A DNA stretch of 40,562 nucleotides from Escherichia phage Zappy: sequence record OQ870568.1; one strand, 5' to 3'. Shown here piece by piece: positions 36,746 through 40,562 of the stretch; the stretch's first letter is position 1; every line of letters starts with the position of its first letter. The position numbers and the translations under genes are program-made. The notes under the pieces are model-generated. The model was not told the origin of the DNA. It was given only the letters and a program-made list of their open reading frames with translations, and did no database searches.

Positions 36746-38512
36746 TTAGTGGAACGTAACGTATGACCCTAGTCCCAGCTCGTCGTCCGTATCGTGAGTT
36801 ACCCGGACCCCATTGTCCCAGAACTCAGTGTGGATGGACTCGAAGCCTTTCCGTGGGTTCTCCATCTGTTCCTCCAGCCACTCCTCAGTGACTTCACGTT
36901 CGCCTTTGTTGGCATCCTTAGCCATCGACTCAACGAAGAACTGTACACCGATAGCCAGCGCATCAAGTCGGTCATCGTGTGCCAAGGCTCCACGCTCACG
37001 AGAGATACGGGTCATCTGGTAGAAGAGAGAGTAGATAGGGTTACGAACACCATCCTTATCAGAGGCTGACTGGTAGTCTTGGACGATAGCAGCAGCGTTG
37101 ACGATAAGTCTGTGAGACCCCATGATAGGCTCCAGAACGTCACAGATTCGGAGTTCCTTCTGACCCTTACTCTTCACTTCAGTTACAGCAGCGGGATGAA
37201 TACGGGCAGCTACAGGCTTGAATAACTCAAGGTACATACCATCACCGAAGTTACCCTCAATGACGTATTCGTTTACCTTCCACTTACGACCAATCTTAGC
37301 CAAGGCTTCCAGCGTAGAGTCTTCATAACCACCGCGCATACCACCAACTTCCATAGCGAAGATGTAGCCGTTTAGCTGATATAGTACCGCATAACCAGTT
37401 TCATCCTTACCGCGACCACTAGGGTCAATGACCAGAATCTTCTGGGTGTATGAGCTGAAGGCAGAACCTACAGTCTGATACGTGTGGTACGAGTCACCCA
37501 TGAGGCCAACGTTAGGAACGTCCTCACGCTTGTTCTGAGGGTTAGGAAGCCATTGGTAGACCATTGGGCTGGACTCTGGGTCCAAGTCTGCTACGATAAG
37601 GTCACGGAGCTTCAGAGGGTACTTCTCGGCATCACTCAGGTTAGGGTTAAGCATGAACTGTAGAGCGAAGCCAGCTTTACCATAGGACAGCTCACGTTCC
37701 TTCAGGTCCGTATCATCGAATCGTACTTCATCGGTAGGACGCCAGTAGAAGGACTCAGGGTCCTCTTCAAGCTCTGCCTGAAGCATAGGAGCCAGACGGT
37801 CGCCGTAAGACTGCCAGTCCTTCTTATCGCGTGGGTAGCGAGCGGGCCAGATGGTAGTGGTATATCCACGACCTTCCAGCTCACGATACAAGGTCATCTC
37901 GTTCTGAGGAGTACCCAGATAGATGATTGTACCTCCCGGCTTCAGGATAGCGTCGAACTCTTTCACAAGCTCTGACAGACGGTCTCGTGCAGCCTGAGTC
38001 GCTGAGTTGTTCGGAACCTCCACGTCATCGGCAATCAGGATGTCAGCACGACTACCAGTCAACTGACCAGTGATACCAACGGACTTAACTGAAGGTGAGT
38101 GGTCTGGCTTGGCTGGTCCAACGTCGAAGCTGATAACCGCATCTCGCTGCCCCTGCTTAGGTTTAAGTTCCTGAAGCTGAGGCATGAGGTCGATGATTCG
38201 CTTGATGAAGATGGAGTTCGCATCGGCTCGTTCCTTTGAGGCCGACACAATCATGAACTTCAAGTCTGGGTTGTTCCATAGTTTCCAGACCACGAAACCA
38301 CAGGTCAGAAACGACTTGCCAATACCACGGAACGCCTGAAGGATGAAGCGGCGATTATCCCCAGCAGCCAGCTTCTTACACATATCTATCTGGCAGCGGG
38401 TTGGAACCGGAAGGCTAAGAGCTTTCCAGAGAACGAAGATGAAGAACACGAAGTCGTCCCTCATCCTTTGGGTCATTTCTGCCTGTCTTTCAACAGGTGT
38501 TTTCTTAGACAT
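36746..38512 (-). CDS. 19: Terminase large subunit (DNA maturase B) gp19, 588 aa
   Basis: ORF track; near-identical stretches to T7 gp19 ([74 protein letters not shown]). Confidence 0.95.
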   Translation of the reverse strand: MSKKTPVERQAEMTQRMRDDFVFFIFVLWKALSLPVPTRCQIDMCKKLAAGDNRRFILQAFRGIGKSFLTCGFVVWKLWNNPDLKFMIVSASKERADANSIFIKRIIDLMPQLQELKPKQGQRDAVISFDVGPAKPDHSPSVKSVGITGQLTGSRADILIADDVEVPNNSATQAARDRLSELVKEFDAILKPGGTIIYLGTPQNEMTLYRELEGRGYTTTIWPARYPRDKKDWQSYGDRLAPMLQAELEEDPESFYWRPTDEVRFDDTDLKERELSYGKAGFALQFMLNPNLSDAEKYPLKLRDLIVADLDPESSPMVYQWLPNPQNKREDVPNVGLMGDSYHTYQTVGSAFSSYTQKILVIDPSGRGKDETGYAVLYQLNGYIFAMEVGGMRGGYEDSTLEALAKIGRKWKVNEYVIEGNFGDGMYLELFKPVAARIHPAAVTEVKSKGQKELRICDVLEPIMGSHRLIVNAAAIVQDYQSASDKDGVRNPIYSLFYQMTRISRERGALAHDDRLDALAIGVQFFVESMAKDANKGEREVTEEWLEEQMENPRKGFESIHTEFWDNGVRVTHDTDDELGLGSYVTFH

Positions 38513-38945
38513 AGAGTCCCTCCAGCATTAGGTCCCGGACAGAGATAGCCTCCTCTAAAGTAGGACGTGTTGTTCGAATACGGACTCCCTTACGCATGAC
38601 CTCGATAGCGTAGCCATTCTGATGGAACGATATGTTCTTAACTCCAGTCTTTGAGTCAGAATGTCCTGAGGTGTTGCAGGAGTTCTCGCTGGAAGTAACT
38701 AGCCGGAGGTTGTCCAGCCTGTTGTTAGTCCGGCAGCGGTCGATATGGTCAATCTCCATCCCTTCTGGTATAGGACCGTGGATTAGCTCCCAGACGACTC
38801 TATGGGCCAGCAGGAGTCCATGACGTCGAGTTCCTACCTGATAATACCCGTGGTTTCCCACACACCCCACATCCTTACCAGAACGCAGGGACTTCAGGCC
38901 AGACTTACTGGACTCATCATAGACATACGAATCACTGAGCATCAT
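38505..38945 (-). CDS. HNH homing endonuclease (HNH-C), 146 aa, immediately upstream of the large terminase gene
   Basis: ORF track; [25 protein letters not shown] nearly identical in its core to HNH-A; start overlaps the gp18.5 stop as ATGA, stop overlaps the gp19 start. Confidence 0.8.
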   Translation of the reverse strand: MMLSDSYVYDESSKSGLKSLRSGKDVGCVGNHGYYQVGTRRHGLLLAHRVVWELIHGPIPEGMEIDHIDRCRTNNRLDNLRLVTSSENSCNTSGHSDSKTGVKNISFHQNGYAIEVMRKGVRIRTTRPTLEEAISVRDLMLEGLYV

Positions 38946-39385
38946 TTCTCCTTATCTTGCTGCAAGGCTCTCACAGTGTCCTGAAGAGCCTTAATCCACT
39001 TGTCTCCTTTCACTCCTATGGCGATAAGACGTTTAGCATCTCGTTCGTCAAGTTCGGCGTAACCATCAATGACGCATCGACCGTCACTTTGCGTGGTTCC
39101 ACTCGTTGGCTTGACTCGGATGCGCAGCCGCTTATTGTCAGACTGAAGGTCAGCAATAATCCTATCAGTGCTGCCTTCCAGCGAGGACATTTCGTCCTGA
39201 AACCGTTTGGACACTTTGTTGACTTCAGCTTGGACAGCAAGCCTTGTATCTTCCGATGCCTTAAGATTCGAGGTGTATTCTTCATTGACCTTAGCCTCCC
39301 ACTTATTGTTAGCGGTGTGGTAGCCACCAGCAAACATCACTGCTGCAAGTAACCACGGAGCCGCTCTCTTTAAAAATTCGAGCAT
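38942..39385 (-). CDS. 18.5: Rz-like i-spanin gp18.5, 147 aa
   Basis: ORF track; MLEFLKR, EGSTDRIIADLQSDNKRLRIRVK, DERDAKRLIA, WIKALQDTVRALQ resemble T7 gp18.5. Confidence 0.8.
   Translation of the reverse strand: MLEFLKRAAPWLLAAVMFAGGYHTANNKWEAKVNEEYTSNLKASEDTRLAVQAEVNKVSKRFQDEMSSLEGSTDRIIADLQSDNKRLRIRVKPTSGTTQSDGRCVIDGYAELDERDAKRLIAIGVKGDKWIKALQDTVRALQQDKEK
39016..39285 (-). CDS. 18.7: Rz1-like o-spanin gp18.7, embedded in the +1 frame of gp18.5 (~89 aa from the internal ATG)
   Basis: ORF track 39016..39333 (TTG-initiated); PRWKAALIGLLLTFSLTISGCASE lipobox and C-terminal SLMVTPNLTNEMLNV resemble T7 gp18.7. Confidence 0.6.
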   Translation of the reverse strand: MKNTPRILRHRKIQGLLSKLKSTKCPNGFRTKCPRWKAALIGLLLTFSLTISGCASESSQRVEPRKVTVDASLMVTPNLTNEMLNVLSP

Positions 39386-39448
39386 AGTTGCCCTCCCGGT
39401 TTATCAGATTTCACGTAGAGTCGCCTCCACTAGTTAGTGTTAACCATA

Positions 39449-39475
39449 AAGGCCACTACATATAGTAATGACCTT
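39449..39475 (-). promoter_or_regulatory. RNase III-type processing hairpin (R18.5-like)
   Basis: Minus-strand AAGGTCATTACTATATGTAGTGGCCTT; same conserved flanks and covarying stem as the hairpins at 30553 and 23150; between gp18 and gp18.5. Confidence 0.45.
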
Positions 39476-39486
39476 GAGTCTAACAC

Positions 39487-39750
39487 TTATTGAACACCAT
39501 ACCCGGTGTCATTATCTTCCGTAGCGGAGAGCACCTTATCGTACTCTGCGTTCAGGGCCTCCATATCAGCGAGCGTCTTCTCGTCAACAGACAACTTGCT
39601 TAGCACGAAGTTGTGACGAGCCAGTAGCTTCTCAATGGCGTTGTAAAGCTGAGGTGAACGCTTAGAGTCATCCCGCAGGTCTTGCAGCATGAGTCGAGCA
39701 CGTTCAGTATCCAGCATCAAGAGGAACTTCTCTAAGTCCATCTGCGTCAT
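39487..39750 (-). CDS. 18: Terminase small subunit (DNA maturase A) gp18, 87 aa
   Basis: ORF track; FLLMLDTERARLMLQDLRDDSKRSPQLYNAIEKLLARHNF resembles T7 gp18; RBS AAGGAGGTG. Confidence 0.8.
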   Translation of the reverse strand: MTQMDLEKFLLMLDTERARLMLQDLRDDSKRSPQLYNAIEKLLARHNFVLSKLSVDEKTLADMEALNAEYDKVLSATEDNDTGYGVQ

Positions 39751-39941
39751 GTTTTACCACCTCCTTTAATCGTTTTGTAGACCAGCACACCAATCTGGAC
39801 AACGGTGTACGCGATAGCTGCAACGTAGAACCATTCGTTAAGTGTTAGTCCGAAGAAGAACCGACTGGCACCATCAGCCGCAGCGGTCCCGACGATAGGA
39901 GAGGCTTTAAGGACCTCATTCTTGAAGTCTAACTCAATCAT
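39747..39941 (-). CDS. 17.5: Holin gp17.5, 64 aa (start at internal ATG; the track ORF begins at an upstream TTG)
   Basis: ORF track 39747..39977; from the ATG, MIELDFKNEVLKASPIVGT...LNEWFYVAAIAYTVVQIG resembles the T7 class II holin. Confidence 0.75.
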   Translation of the reverse strand: MIELDFKNEVLKASPIVGTAAADGASRFFFGLTLNEWFYVAAIAYTVVQIGVLVYKTIKGGGKT

Positions 39942-40052
39942 AAACCTCCAGTTTAAAGCGGGTCGTCCGTGACCCAAAGTTGTTACCTTATGTTGTTTAG
40001 CGTGTAGTTAGCCTCTACCTCCACAACTTAATGGCAAAAGGGTTTTTGTTTA

Positions 40053-40562
40053 TTACTTCTGTTCAAGAGCAGAAAGTCTGGCTTCGATTCTTTCCAGTTT
40101 TCTTCTCTGATAGGCGGCTTCAGCAAAGAAAATTCCGTCAGGCCGAACACCCCACTCCTCACCCCCTTCATGGATAACCACCTCAGTGAATACAGGTTCT
40201 TCCGTAGTAGTGACATTACCCTCCTCGTCAGTGTGTTCAATGATTTCATTGTGCGAAAATACCGTATCGGTCATCCGTGGATACTTGTCATAGCACAGAA
40301 CGGCATAACGACAATTCGTACTGTTTTCATCCATCAGACCGTGTGCAATGAATACATCACGAATTTGCTGAGCAATAACCCCGAAGTGAATACGAGCATC
40401 ATTGCCTTTCAGCTGAACAGCATCTAACCATTGATACATGATGTAGTGAACGTCACCCCAGGCATCTAGGAAAGCATCATCAAAAACTACAGGCTCTGTT
40501 TTCTTCTCCCCATTAGAAGTAACAATAGGGTTGCTTCCGAGATATGCAGTTGTGAAACGGTT
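40053..40562 (-). CDS. 17: Tail fibre/tailspike gp17, C-terminal part (same gene as 1..2489; 40486..40562 duplicates 1..77)
   Basis: ORF track 40053..40439; frame stays open upstream to the window end and is the same frame as the ORF at the window start; ends in a predicted coiled-coil (RRKLERIEARLSALEQK). Confidence 0.8.
   Translation of the reverse strand, partial: NRFTTAYLGSNPIVTSNGEKKTEPVVFDDAFLDAWGDVHYIMYQWLDAVQLKGNDARIHFGVIAQQIRDVFIAHGLMDENSTNCRYAVLCYDKYPRMTDTVFSHNEIIEHTDEEGNVTTTEEPVFTEVVIHEGGEEWGVRPDGIFFAEAAYQRRKLERIEARLSALEQK
40486..40562. repeat. Terminal duplication, identical to 1..77
   Basis: Exact match to the window start. Confidence 0.9.

Overview
The window is an essentially complete, circularly closed genome (unit length about 40,485 bp; bases 1-77 are identical to 40486-40562) of a T7-like podovirus (Autographiviridae, T7 supergroup). 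It is given as the reverse complement of the conventional T7 map and permuted so that the contig break falls inside the tail fibre gene. Every credible gene is on the minus strand and in T7 order: an early region (sigma70-type promoter, boxA-like element, Ocr, small membrane proteins), the single-subunit RNA polymerase, DNA metabolism genes (ligase, gp2, SSB, endonuclease I, lysozyme, primase-helicase, DNA polymerase, exonuclease), the structural block (portal, scaffold, capsid with a probable -1 frameshift 10B extension, tail tubular proteins, internal virion proteins, an Asp-box-containing tailspike), then holin, small terminase, Rz/Rz1 and large terminase. I also found eleven copies of a phage-specific promoter (one directly upstream of the RNA polymerase gene), Tphi- and TE-like terminators, a family of RNase III-type hairpins, four homing-endonuclease-like genes (two bracketing the large terminase) and a 16-bp tandem repeat array near the probable physical genome end. 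No tRNA, rRNA or CRISPR was seen. All homology statements come from hand translation and recollection of T7 proteins, not from a database search; coordinates of small elements may be off by 1-2 bp.
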